Positions 38,701-45,876 of a stretch of 64,000 bases of DNA are shown here, piece after piece. The translations under genes and the position numbers were made by a program. Origin of the DNA: an uncultured virus (IMG/VR IMGVR_UViG_3300030118_005494) (lineage: Duplodnaviria > Heunggongvirae > Uroviricota > Caudoviricetes); the IMG/VR virus record IMGVR_UViG_3300030118_005494, one strand, 5' to 3'. The notes under the pieces were generated by a model. The model did no database searches and was not told the origin of the DNA. It saw nothing but the letters and a program-made list of their open reading frames with translations. Every line of letters starts with the position of its first letter. Positions within the stretch are counted from its first letter, which is position 1.

Positions 38701-39294
38701 TTGGTGGAACGTGGCGTGTTCCAGACTATTGTTGAAGATTTGGATTTTGAAGACTCTAGGTACACTTATCTAAGTAAACTGCAAGATAAGGTAGCACCTG
38801 CGACAGATTATGTACCTGACGCTGTTAAGGATTTAAGTTCATTAGTGTTTATGACACATGATACTAAGATGTACAAAACATTAAGAAACTTCACACAGTT
38901 AAGTGATTTTGCGGGTAGGTATGCTTTACATAAGCATAATATGGAAATGAATAATATGAGTGTTGAAGACTCGGTAGATATGATTATGGACACTTTTGTA
39001 GACTATGATTCACCTACGCATAGAAGCATCCAGTATATGAATGATATTGGCTTATTCATGTTCACTAAATTCTTTTTAAGAATCCAAAAAGTAATATTTA
39101 GACAAGCATTAAATAAGCCAGTTAACACAGTATTACTGATGTTGTTACAGCAGCTATTGCAGGTAAACACATCCAATATATTTGGAACCTTTGCAGGTGA
39201 TCCTGATAACTGGATGAATCGGGTAATGACTCCAGTAGATAATATTGAAAATGTGGTGAACTTACATGGACTAGGTATTAACGTTTTACGATAA
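29773..39294 (+). CDS. Virion-encapsidated RNA polymerase (N4 gp50-like vRNAP)
   Basis: 3173 aa; T7-like motif A (EVDGITNG), motif B (RKIAKAPTMVFVYG), motif C (NVHDAI); no cysteine found on reading, as in N4 vRNAP. Confidence 0.95.
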   Translation: MARFVENPEEGSINQYPNTPDVKQAASDLLKRGYSSQQIADTVANNPINPQFGAALVSEAQTQEQANIPQAAPKVVDTTQPEEAPAISADVQETLPSVVAETQNSVTEAVQQAKSSITPYTQTTNRGTLDTINDLSLDLGKGVVSILETGYELVNLGFKNAQQLTTKPSEFLYRMKQGENPVNILRDPSFVMNNDLGNASAVRKLADNVRERIDEFRSDAGKRNVKNASELISTHSQIFDEDLKTKTDSNGNNSWWDIVQSESVKAVDVMSVYMDHPETLTSTAVESGLQFIVPASAAGVYTKVATKAGKESAEAIARNAENISAATIGLMEGTSTAGDAVERVRETSLEDLARTSDLYNSLLKDGVKPEDARELVAQNVGDSIVALNTLGAGLISKLTGAAKLEGNLFTQAGTSLLNLPVKALIGGAKEGLEEGAQSGIGTLSDNLFTSLAADRSVKLHEGLGESVGIGLITGVTSGTAMSGAGAIAQTATGSNPVSYLADLNKLKNGEAADVTNPENSNYSPYKAISALLDSRVLTAERLQDEDKKKEHLDQVGVHVKRLQDIWRNQIERYENATPKDKAAEAEKLNKLTDEFQEVNSVWKQYNEYLKEGDVAKAKEVFGNLEIADETTINNTLKILGSSPDSFSEEYLNTLAENELLNDDQVSNIEAIKEYKAASKKYLSERKDTATVNANVVVGGVGYVGTRQYLDAISNALSRNDTTNAQKSYNDLVAFADRHKAKLDLATRTFNAVVNNEPNAKALQDEFTEKYSSEGTAYIEINSARMIGNMRNEVDVMNKALEAAESQFKLTETEIAPVSTSEPVLPETDTTEASSTESQPEIAGEEELDAGNIAESEFESEIAKSVDITEKQVSKTLKDSKLPFVDVKSTMREFKTALQDYASTLDISANPTKAVRKAVREFKNGFSDFVNGTVRKNAPTNFYRLGARAANTAINKINIIPTRVLESSAAVAARFTAKRSTALAHTVRDFYKKVLNDPESIEGITAEDLPALRVFRRFHRNISKHVDATLENVLNVNGENFKNFGLSGFVNENNYNEIKDAVTTSAFEYLGNTAGKVINDDSAIAALVGIEEEEVTAAHRKVYRELGDTSRNVFETVGANVLRQLGISPKKDMTKLEYERIRIALGQAAIEALNKAAIVERISLPNSVAVDLGIGLPNGASIEEKTDFIRLARTRKNNKPELHSTTNYFIDNFALYGERYNRIFGYEVNTPSFTVPKVPELVKRVGTKIPRKLRNTLRKHSKRTLTKKSSFNSFTKLSEQTQEKLIGVVLGDGLSELHAVERDNIEGSTNVQLRRDLKNSLLWGEISEGRDFYVGHEVWSNFRMGISNSYVNIQGSKVARGLFGYSDHNDVIDSNGARLYFKMAVLQSFGEKIERMSVADIESKFDSFIADPQIESAIQAVQDIESGKFDTKDDDVKADYESLIVDVIERGGENLATYHALVALTKYDDTNAFPTDLALEVDGITNGVLLSVLQFGGYGSNSTNVTLDDIRSGGVFSDGTTGYAEFITQNGARDFYEKLAVQWDQMVSLELQGVNEDIQKGLAFFNDSMVDSLTDIVTSFGRKIAKAPTMVFVYGSGMQGIIDDFLENELLKLYQRMAKINDESDFDTFVEHLNLLDIDTSNLTYQNRREVLFLDEAQVKASFQPYASALNNALTNTFDTLLERRNTITGLSNIATSMFQVMYNSALAKRKKALGLGKNDLLSDEDQTKLFEDLVKYSPTVNTYLSDGLSDGMRIFKLSREYTNSVATLDLGKNPSRKLYVQPDGSLAPANTTFKSLNSKIPTIGIELPGASAVVKLVHQLDAGIMERVLRNYTVLNVHDAIYVKPSEAADATQTLNYATALLSQDYSIVDEIVGMYDRVEKGFLRIATKQQDSKIRKTRKGKLKKAILSRYAVQNDVTRNRSEIFSQVTNWDQYSLYGGSVNVHDISDLQELEYTTETADITEDLETILNKVLSVDSKYLKSSSDVFGSFNPNESTTITKNTSERLLNDLIKMDNTISSEQENHLRTVLREIVNEVLVPTQVEIENQSQKNIGQYHTELNRIDLKLTNSSVSVGNAAASEVYVHELIHAVTQLAIENNKKLYDHLYSIYESARKVITVDMLAGPNATQQEKDQAQQIWNYVFANTVSVNGVNASLHEFMAYSLTNEKFRNALKNVKVTGNTRVKRNRNTYRGKYNSSFLRQLDGVFEFVWEVFKDILQALAQKRLDVHKTSADVAMFALAKHFAEIEVKSTNKLSQYSKYMDKANKAVVDTISNFIVSPLTNLGKKVDSNTRVLRTVAEAVRVTSRAKDITYAGTAEAMKSLASYMRLTEDSLARAMANELSGATKSRRGWNRLMRLSHLIVDQARTKQKTEVQRVINDKFYTELSKEEKRAFYNVGLRLDLSSLLPETDVTKELSDAEYNKSKAERENALKRILRLLEDEGYLRDEINRIHSEISAQTTAKHAKHIIEYSDSLGLDIATGAINTENHAMNAHVIVNAYNNTTLSPNGDLELLEKLSDELATLRGIDYAAQEDKKVFVDSFYKELSAAERNYDDNGFMFSLQMHNYFKRESLDKLFNGNKIQVAKGYMREETDPYVDMIFVKKHAIPFMEKEGYVLHNKAAYDARDINQAQYYIMTRDTLSIEPWMKTTVSFTGKRAMGTRLVDKYRLDTDAVVSAIEANNDNEQISKEIAKRQQKGKYYRSDAALRPIFTPSGRISGYRYVMNHESRERILKLNTDFDAALGRLSGSILDKVNSEMINREVVKEAKSQYDKAYKTDATNFVWIGPEVRNPKHRELWHQIPDDMKKAVEDIWGVERFAVNKDDFTKIFGFRKFALADWAQNQLEIEQSMRDFKGVIHESILRALAGHTSRRIGRGLQELTTIAKDSIVIKTFDVLLGNVVSNMIILLTEGMNPLRAGKWAIEGWKYAEQYQDNQAEIVDLENEINSSPNLTAQEIRTKQAQIARLKNNMRTNPVHDLVERGVFQTIVEDLDFEDSRYTYLSKLQDKVAPATDYVPDAVKDLSSLVFMTHDTKMYKTLRNFTQLSDFAGRYALHKHNMEMNNMSVEDSVDMIMDTFVDYDSPTHRSIQYMNDIGLFMFTKFFLRIQKVIFRQALNKPVNTVLLMLLQQLLQVNTSNIFGTFAGDPDNWMNRVMTPVDNIENVVNLHGLGINVLR

Positions 39295-39300
39295 AAATAG

Positions 39301-39359
39301 TGGCAAAAATTTAATCTTCAATTTCTATTGAACTCATGATTACCTTTTTGCCATTTTTT
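39301..39359. terminator. Possible terminator at the convergence of the late and middle arms
   Basis: tggcaaaaa (39301-39309) / tttttgcca (39345-39353) inverted repeat, A-rich on the left and T-run on the right. Confidence 0.35.
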
Positions 39360-39565
39360 CTTATTTCATACAAAACCAGAGAGTTACCAAAAGAATAAAT
39401 ACCTGCTTCTATAGTGTTATAGAGTACAAACGCATCTAAAAAAGTATCTAGTTTAATTTTACGTTTAGAGTCAATATGTAATTCGTACGAATCAACTCGT
39501 AAGATTAAATGACGAAGTAAGTAAAATGGAATTAAAAGCCATAAAAAAACAATACGAAGTATCAT
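39311..39565 (-). CDS. Hypothetical protein
   Basis: 84-aa ORF, hydrophobic N-terminus, coupled to the neighbour. Confidence 0.55.
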   Translation of the reverse strand: MILRIVFLWLLIPFYLLRHLILRVDSYELHIDSKRKIKLDTFLDAFVLYNTIEAGIYSFGNSLVLYEIRKNGKKVIMSSIEIED

Positions 39566-39813
39566 AAATTAGCCTTTATCATCTCTTTTTCAGTAGCAAA
39601 ACATAAAGTAACGTCTGTTTCATTATAAACAGCATTGATGAATTCGGTAATATTCTTTGTGCTAACTACTGAAGATATGGATGAATTTGTTCTAGCTTCG
39701 GCATCAATAAGACCGAGCAATGTGTTTGGGTTTAACGAAGTATGTTCGGAAACTTTAAAAGGATTCCAAATCACATAACGCTTTGTTAGTAAAGTACTGG
39801 TGGTTTTATTCAT
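39562..39813 (-). CDS. Hypothetical protein
   Basis: 83-aa ORF in a tightly packed operon. Confidence 0.6.
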   Translation of the reverse strand: MNKTTSTLLTKRYVIWNPFKVSEHTSLNPNTLLGLIDAEARTNSSISSVVSTKNITEFINAVYNETDVTLCFATEKEMIKANL

Positions 39814-39816
39814 AAT

Positions 39817-40077
39817 TCACTTTGAATTTAGCTCCATTTGTTCTGAAACCATCTGAATTAAAGTAGGTTTAATTTCTGAAGCTTCGTATACTATGACTTC
39901 TTTTGAGCCTACTTTAATAATATACTCAATAGTCATACCATCAGGGTCGAATAGAGATATAGAAACAGATACAGAAAAGTTAGTGTAATTGGCCCCAGCA
40001 GCAGAGAATAAATGAGTATCAATGGTAATATCAGAGAAATCAGTATTTTCAATTACTTTTAATGTTTTATGAGTCAT
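39817..40077 (-). CDS. Hypothetical protein
   Basis: 86-aa ORF with AAGGA RBS. Confidence 0.65.
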   Translation of the reverse strand: MTHKTLKVIENTDFSDITIDTHLFSAAGANYTNFSVSVSISLFDPDGMTIEYIIKVGSKEVIVYEASEIKPTLIQMVSEQMELNSK

Positions 40078-40087
40078 ATTTTGTCCT

Positions 40088-40456
40088 TTAAATCTTTTTA
40101 TTTTGTTGGCGTAGCTGGTTTGCTGCTAGTTCATTACTGAGTAGGCATCGACTATGGATTTTGTTGGCCTTGTCTTCATCTATAAGTGGAAGTTGTATAA
40201 ATCCCATCTTAACGCCATTTAAAATAAACTCGGATCTCTCGTCGCATAGCAAATCTAATTCATTCCGTTTACGCTCTGCTGTTTCAACTTGCTCTTGTAG
40301 CTTTAATATAACTTCCTTTTGTTTTTGAATTCTTAAATCTAAGCCTTCAAGATGATTAGTTAATTCTTGCACTAAAGCAGAAATTAATAACATCTGATCA
40401 TTATGTGGGTATGTTTTGCGAAGCTTTTGAATTTCGGATAGTAGTCGTTCTGACAT
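40088..40456 (-). CDS. Coiled-coil hypothetical protein
   Basis: 122-aa ORF with AAGGAG RBS. Confidence 0.7.
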   Translation of the reverse strand: MSERLLSEIQKLRKTYPHNDQMLLISALVQELTNHLEGLDLRIQKQKEVILKLQEQVETAERKRNELDLLCDERSEFILNGVKMGFIQLPLIDEDKANKIHSRCLLSNELAANQLRQQNKKI

Positions 40457-40467
40457 AGTAACTCCTT

Positions 40468-40524
40468 AAAGTAAAACAGCCCCTACAATCAACGACAGAC
40501 CAATGTAATTAATGTAAGGGGCTG
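40468..40524 (-). terminator. Large-loop hairpin plus U-tract (terminator or sRNA 3' end)
   Basis: cagcccctaca (40477-40487) / tgtaaggggctg (40513-40524), 25-nt loop, followed on the - strand by TTTTACTTT. Confidence 0.55.
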
Positions 40525-40568
40525 AGTATCCAAATAGTTTGAAGGTTCGAAAAGAGCTATTTGAATTA

Positions 40569-40718
40569 GGTCAAGGTGGGTGGATTCGAACCACACTCCA
40601 TTAAAATATACTTAGCTATTTGCATTTCACTAAATAAACTTTAGTGTTTTCTTCCCATACCATTTACTTGGCACTAGCTCTGATGCACCAGTAACTAATG
40701 TTGCAGGGAACCACCTCG
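40569..40718 (-). ncRNA. tRNA-like structured RNA (~150 nt, non-canonical)
   Basis: 5' CGAGGTG pairs with 3' CACCTTG followed by A-CC; T-arm GTGG-TTCGAAT-CCAC at canonical spacing; enlarged interior with several hairpins. Confidence 0.6.
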
Positions 40719-40980
40719 GTAGAAATAAGTGTAGGCTTTCCACCTACTTGCTGGGTTGAGGATCAGGATGTGACCACCATTATCTAGTATTACAATCTCT
40801 GTGTATCAAGTACAAGAATCCCATTACTGGGTAATGTAAGTTTCATAGCTCAACTAGATTTTGCTCCACTTACACCATTTTGTCATAACCAGACTTTTTG
40901 TAAAACAGTCTTAACCATACAGGGATTCGGGCTGTTAAACTCACTTCACAGAAGATACTAAAATTAGACTAGGAGAAGAA

Positions 40981-41172
40981 CTATTTTGTAGTATTAGACT
41001 TATTGGAAAAGATATCTTGTAGTGCTCCTAGAATAGCAATAATAACTACTCCACCTATTACAGCAAAACCTGCTACATATGAAAAAGCAGCTACCAGTAA
41101 ACCAATACCGATAGCTGCTACTATGCAGAGAATTACTATAAATGCACTAAATAGTGTTTTTAGAATTCCCAT
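40981..41172 (-). CDS. Small two-TM membrane protein
   Basis: 63 aa, almost entirely hydrophobic. Confidence 0.65.
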   Translation of the reverse strand: MGILKTLFSAFIVILCIVAAIGIGLLVAAFSYVAGFAVIGGVVIIAILGALQDIFSNKSNTTK

Positions 41173-41185
41173 GGTGGAAGATCAC

Positions 41186-41629
41186 TTACTTTTTTTGAAA
41201 AAGACGTTTACGTTTAGGCTTAGTATCAACTTCTTCTTCTTCTTCGGTTTCCTCTTCCTCAGAATCTAGATCTTCTTCTTCCTCTTCAGGTTCTTCTTCC
41301 TCGGATTCTTCCTCTTCTTCAGCTTCTTGTTCTGCTTTACGAGCAGCTTCCATTTCAGCTTTAGTTCGACGCTTACGGCGCTTCGGTTTAGGTGCTTCCT
41401 CTTCCTCTGCTTCATCGTCAGCAGAGTTATCTACTTCTTCAGCCTTTGGTGTAGATTTCAGAGTAGAACGCTTAGAAAGCGATTTGGAGGGCTTTTCTGC
41501 TTCTGGTTCAATTGCAGCAGATTTAGATTCTAAACCTAACACCATAACTTCAGTAATTTGTGCTGATTCTACATTTAGAGCAGCAGATACGATGTTAATA
41601 AGTTCTTCTTTATTTAATACAATTTTCAT
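41186..41629 (-). CDS. Low-complexity acidic/basic protein
   Basis: MKIVLNKEEL N-terminus, KPKRRKRRTKAEMEAAR basic patch, poly-Glu tract, KRLFQKK end. Confidence 0.7.
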   Translation of the reverse strand: MKIVLNKEELINIVSAALNVESAQITEVMVLGLESKSAAIEPEAEKPSKSLSKRSTLKSTPKAEEVDNSADDEAEEEEAPKPKRRKRRTKAEMEAARKAEQEAEEEEESEEEEPEEEEEDLDSEEEETEEEEEVDTKPKRKRLFQKK

Positions 41630-42177
41630 TTTCGATTATATACCTGTGTTAGTAAGTTAAATTCATTGAGATTTACACCAGCATGAATAGCTCCAACAGC
41701 ATCAGCAATGTGTTCACATTTATCTTTTGCTTTTGGAAAACTAGAAATCATATGAGGATATTCAGAATGTAGCCAAGATATCATTTGCTCTTTGGTTGCA
41801 CCTTTACCTGCAGTATGTTGCTTTAGGTATTTTGGATCAACAATAATAGCGGGTAAATTATACATATGTTGAATTGCTGCTAAAAGCATAATACAAATTG
41901 CATAACTTTTTTGCGCTGCAGATGTTTGACTTCCTATAGGTAGTTCAATGAAGAGTATATCAACATCTTTAACAAAATCAGCAACAGCACTAAGAATTGT
42001 TTTGCACCGTTCAAGATCATCAGACCTAACTGTATTGGTTTTAGTTGTATTTTTAGTTGTCTGCGCTAAAGCAGTAGTAGACAATTCAAATAAACCTTCA
42101 GATAAATCTAATGTACCTTTAGCCATTCCAACATTACGTAATGCAGGGTCTAAACCTGCAATGATAATCTTTGACAT
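41626..42177 (-). CDS. RuvC-like Holliday junction resolvase
   Basis: IAGLDPALRNVG, FIELP, ATKEQMI, EHIADA catalytic motifs. Confidence 0.85.
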   Translation of the reverse strand: MSKIIIAGLDPALRNVGMAKGTLDLSEGLFELSTTALAQTTKNTTKTNTVRSDDLERCKTILSAVADFVKDVDILFIELPIGSQTSAAQKSYAICIMLLAAIQHMYNLPAIIVDPKYLKQHTAGKGATKEQMISWLHSEYPHMISSFPKAKDKCEHIADAVGAIHAGVNLNEFNLLTQVYNRK

Positions 42178-42187
42178 ATTTTACCCA

Positions 42188-42216
42188 TAAAAATAGAGCA
42201 CTTAATGTGCCCTATT
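42188..42216 (-). terminator. Rho-independent terminator
   Basis: - strand AATAGGGCAC-ATTAA-GTGCTCTATT then TTTA; G-U pair consistent with the - strand. Confidence 0.65.
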
Positions 42217-42248
42217 AGTATGAAAGAATTTTCAGATATTGCAATTAC

Positions 42249-42992
42249 TTATTTTTTAAATAATGCTTTTTTCTTTTTAGGTGCATCAGATTCACCTTCA
42301 TCATCTTCAGATGATCTGCCACCTAATCGACCTGATTTACGACGAGAAGACTTTTTACCTTTCTCTTCTTTTGTAGTTTGATCATCAATGTAGCCTTCGC
42401 TGCGTTGTAACCAAGATTCATAGAAGGTAAATTCTTCTTCTTCGGCTTCAATCTCAGGAACAGTAGCGTATTCGTATTCTTCGGCAGCACAGAAAGCTTT
42501 ATTGATTTTATTGGTAAAACCTTCAGTACCATTATTTTTAGTGTACTTAACTTTGTAAATACCTAAGTAAATTTGTTCACCGATAGCATCAGTAATAACT
42601 TCACACTCTTCAACAACTTCTTTAGAGCCATTCCAAACTTTACAGTTTTTAAGTTCAGTTTCAACTTCATCTAAAGACTCTTCAATAGTAAGTTGAAGAA
42701 TTGAATCGACTAAAGCCCAGCCTTGCATTGTTACTGGTTCTTTATCTCGGTTAAGGTAGTAATTCTTACAACCATTATCTTTATTGGTTGTCATTACAAT
42801 TGTTTCATTACGTTGTACACCTGATTCAGTTGTGTACTGTATTGTGCAAGTAATAGAACCGTTTTTAGACTCACCTAAAAACATGTTATCAATGGTACAA
42901 AGATAAATATTACTATCTAGGGCAGCATTACCCACGTAGTTAGTTTCACCTTTAGCTTTCTTATTTTTTGCTGCTTTGCTTAGTAATCCCAT
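42249..42992 (-). CDS. Single-stranded DNA-binding protein (N4 gp45-like)
   Basis: ALDSNIY, NYYL..DK, NKINKAF motifs, C-terminal KKALF; synteny after gp44. Confidence 0.75.
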   Translation of the reverse strand: MGLLSKAAKNKKAKGETNYVGNAALDSNIYLCTIDNMFLGESKNGSITCTIQYTTESGVQRNETIVMTTNKDNGCKNYYLNRDKEPVTMQGWALVDSILQLTIEESLDEVETELKNCKVWNGSKEVVEECEVITDAIGEQIYLGIYKVKYTKNNGTEGFTNKINKAFCAAEEYEYATVPEIEAEEEEFTFYESWLQRSEGYIDDQTTKEEKGKKSSRRKSGRLGGRSSEDDEGESDAPKKKKALFKK

Positions 42993-42994
42993 TA

Positions 42995-43738
42995 TTAATC
43001 CTCTTCATAGAATTCAATTAGTCGTTCAAGAACATGGCAGATATCGTTATCAATAAATAACTCGGAATCGTCCCACATATCAATAGGGAAACGATTACGG
43101 TATTGAAGTGTATCTTTGGTTTTGTCTGTTTGGAAAACATACTTAGATTTAAGTCGTTTTTCTTTTTCAGTGATATTTAAGTAATCATTCTCTACCCCTT
43201 TAAGTACATCAGTAGATACTTTGCGGGCTAGTACAATATTATTGAAGTATGACTCTACACCATTATTCATGATGGAGCCTTTAACTTTAACAATTGTTTT
43301 GCTATCACCTGTAGCATTGTCAATCACATCAGCTACGTGTGCAAGAATGATGATATTTTTTGTTGAACGTGCAGCATAGTCTTGAATAAGTGACTTAAAG
43401 AACTGTGCATACGCACCCCAAGCTTGTTGGGTATTCTTAGAATCTACAACGTACAATGATTCGTACTGGTCCATTAAGAAAGTCAGAGTATCAATAATGA
43501 TTGTATGACACTCATCATCTTCTTCAGCAGCATCGAAGTAATCAAAAATATCTTCAGGGTCAGTTACTGAAGCGCACTGAAATTTATTTTTAAATGGTGG
43601 TTTCTTATTAGCTTCACAGCTTAAATAATACACCCCTTCTTGCTCCGGTAAGTTTCTTAGACTGGTAGATTTACCAGCATCAGACTCACCAATAACAAGT
43701 ACAATATTGTTATTACCTTCTTGTACAATTTCAGACAT
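42995..43738 (-). CDS. AAA/Sak4-like ATPase (N4 gp44-like)
   Basis: GESDAGKS Walker A, IIIDTLTFLMD Walker B, VKGS..NNGVESYF. Confidence 0.85.
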   Translation of the reverse strand: MSEIVQEGNNNIVLVIGESDAGKSTSLRNLPEQEGVYYLSCEANKKPPFKNKFQCASVTDPEDIFDYFDAAEEDDECHTIIIDTLTFLMDQYESLYVVDSKNTQQAWGAYAQFFKSLIQDYAARSTKNIIILAHVADVIDNATGDSKTIVKVKGSIMNNGVESYFNNIVLARKVSTDVLKGVENDYLNITEKEKRLKSKYVFQTDKTKDTLQYRNRFPIDMWDDSELFIDNDICHVLERLIEFYEED

Positions 43739-45876
43739 TATTTACCCTTTAGTTTTTTGCGTACAGTTGTCATGATAGTTCCATCAATTTCAGAACGTGA
43801 CAGTTTATTCGCTAGTTTATCATTAAGCTCATACACAGCATTACGGACAGTTGTTTCATCATTATCCGCATCAACAAGAACTAAGGCATATTTAAGTAAT
43901 TGTTGGTTTCTGTTTCCATCGCCAGTATTACTAATAAACCATCGCTCAAGTGCATCAAAGTTAGCATATCGAGCATTATCTTTTTTGAGTTCTTCGTTTT
44001 TGGCTGTGTCTGGAATGAACATGAGTACGTTTAATAACTCACCATCATTGTCACACCACTCACCATCATGTGTTGCCCATTTACGAGAACGTTGACCTGT
44101 TTTAGTGTCTATCTCGATTGGCAGCCACTCAAAGATGTTATGCATGAATGTTTTATACTCGTCCATATCCATTTTAAGAATATGTGATATAGGGAGTATC
44201 ATGCGATATCTGTGATGATCTTCTGTGTGTCGTTTTGTTGTATGTAAGTGGTAGGTGTACTGTTCAAATAGCTTTTGGGCTACAGGAATAGGAGTACCAT
44301 CATCGATATCAAGTACAATACAGTTAAACCCGGGTAATGCATTATCGTCATGACGATACCCGTTTTTAAAGCTATGGTTACACCAGTGCAAACCATCAGC
44401 AGTAGTCAAATCAGAAAGTTGATCAAAGTCTGCTTTAACTGATTCATACCCTTCCGTAATATCATCACTGTAAGATAAGTACAATTCAGATAGCTTGGTT
44501 TTTTCTAGCTTCTCACCAGAAAGGAATTGAATACCATTGTGGTAGCTTCGACGTATTACTAAATTACGTCTCCAACCATCAGCAATAGCTAAATCTTCAA
44601 GCATTTTACGCTGTTGGGTACCACCTTTATAGAATGGTAAATCTTCTTCTAGGTCTGGTTGTGTTAGTGGGGTAGGAGAAGCAACAATGTAGTTTGCTAA
44701 TTTAACGTATGGACGATCACGAGTCATAATCCGGTTAAATGCTTCACCAGATTCTTCAACTAACTTAATAGCTGATTTCAGGTGTTCTTCAGTGATTTCT
44801 ATATCGCCATCCACGTAAGCATATGCACCAGCTATTTTGATAGCTTTAAAGTACCTGTGAGCCATTTCAGCACGTTTAATTTCATCATGCTCAGGCATCT
44901 TAGCTGCACGTTTTTCACAGAATAATTGATACTCAAGCCAAAGTAGAATTACATCTACTTCCATTGTCATTTGATGATCAAAGTAATCAACATCAGCTAA
45001 CTCTGCAATATGTGAAGCTAGGTTATCAATATACTCGTTTGTGTTAGTGCTTGTTTGGATATCGTAAAGCTGTTGTGGGGTGATATTTAAGTTTTTAGCA
45101 CCCGGGTCAGAATAACCAAATACAGAACGTCTAGCATATCCTGTTTCCATAAATGAATTGAATTCATCCTCTACTTTACCCCCATCAAAAACTTTAGCAG
45201 GAGTACCGTACAACATAGCATTAGCTGGTGTTCTACCATCTATTTCTTCGTTACGTTGACTATCATTGGTATTCTTTATCAGTTTGGTTTTAGTTTTACC
45301 GATATCATACAACTCAAGATATAAAGTAATTACTTCACCATTACCTAATAGGTTAGAGCCAATTTCATCAATCTCAAGGTTCATAGAACCTGCACCAGCC
45401 ATTAGTAGTTGATGTCTAAGTTGTTTTACAGCAGGTACAGTACCTGAATCAAAAGAGAATAATAATGGACCAAGCTTTTCAAATTCAGCAATAGCTCGTT
45501 CCAGTTCAATAGAATCATCACTCTCTTTCTTTTTGGCACGTTGAATAGCCAGCTTTGCTAAACTTTTCTCTGCAACAGCTGGATAAACTTCATTCAAAAA
45601 TTTATCTCTGAATGGCTTTAATACCTGTTCTTCCATGATTGCAGTTGAATGGCCTTTACCTGATCCTGATGTTGCTAAATTAATAGCATACATGTTGATA
45701 GGTAATACCCCGCGAACATGTGTATTAACACTGGCTCGCATCATAGAAGCTACTTTACAGAAGTTATATGCTACAAGTACTCGGAAAAACAAAGGACTAT
45801 TGTTTTGTGTTTTTGTACAGAGAATTTTAACAAGTTCTTCTGAAGTTTCGTTATACTCTAGATTGGATAAATCCAT
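43738..45876 (-). CDS. DNA primase / replication protein (N4 gp43-like)
   Basis: ATSGSGKG P-loop, IVLDIDDG, HTTKRH and C-terminal GNRNQQLLKYA primase-C motif. Confidence 0.88.
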   Translation of the reverse strand: MDLSNLEYNETSEELVKILCTKTQNNSPLFFRVLVAYNFCKVASMMRASVNTHVRGVLPINMYAINLATSGSGKGHSTAIMEEQVLKPFRDKFLNEVYPAVAEKSLAKLAIQRAKKKESDDSIELERAIAEFEKLGPLLFSFDSGTVPAVKQLRHQLLMAGAGSMNLEIDEIGSNLLGNGEVITLYLELYDIGKTKTKLIKNTNDSQRNEEIDGRTPANAMLYGTPAKVFDGGKVEDEFNSFMETGYARRSVFGYSDPGAKNLNITPQQLYDIQTSTNTNEYIDNLASHIAELADVDYFDHQMTMEVDVILLWLEYQLFCEKRAAKMPEHDEIKRAEMAHRYFKAIKIAGAYAYVDGDIEITEEHLKSAIKLVEESGEAFNRIMTRDRPYVKLANYIVASPTPLTQPDLEEDLPFYKGGTQQRKMLEDLAIADGWRRNLVIRRSYHNGIQFLSGEKLEKTKLSELYLSYSDDITEGYESVKADFDQLSDLTTADGLHWCNHSFKNGYRHDDNALPGFNCIVLDIDDGTPIPVAQKLFEQYTYHLHTTKRHTEDHHRYRMILPISHILKMDMDEYKTFMHNIFEWLPIEIDTKTGQRSRKWATHDGEWCDNDGELLNVLMFIPDTAKNEELKKDNARYANFDALERWFISNTGDGNRNQQLLKYALVLVDADNDETTVRNAVYELNDKLANKLSRSEIDGTIMTTVRKKLKGK

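Noticed and set aside
29773..39294. Absence of cysteine in a 3173-aa protein
   Set aside because: Real, but an established property of N4-type vRNAPs; used as supporting evidence only
40569..40650. Canonical tRNA gene suggested by GGTTCGAATCC
   Set aside because: No D arm or anticodon arm at canonical spacing and the matching acceptor strand is ~150 nt away; reported as a tRNA-like RNA. tmRNA also rejected: too short, no G3-U70 pair in the canonical register, no tag ORF seen
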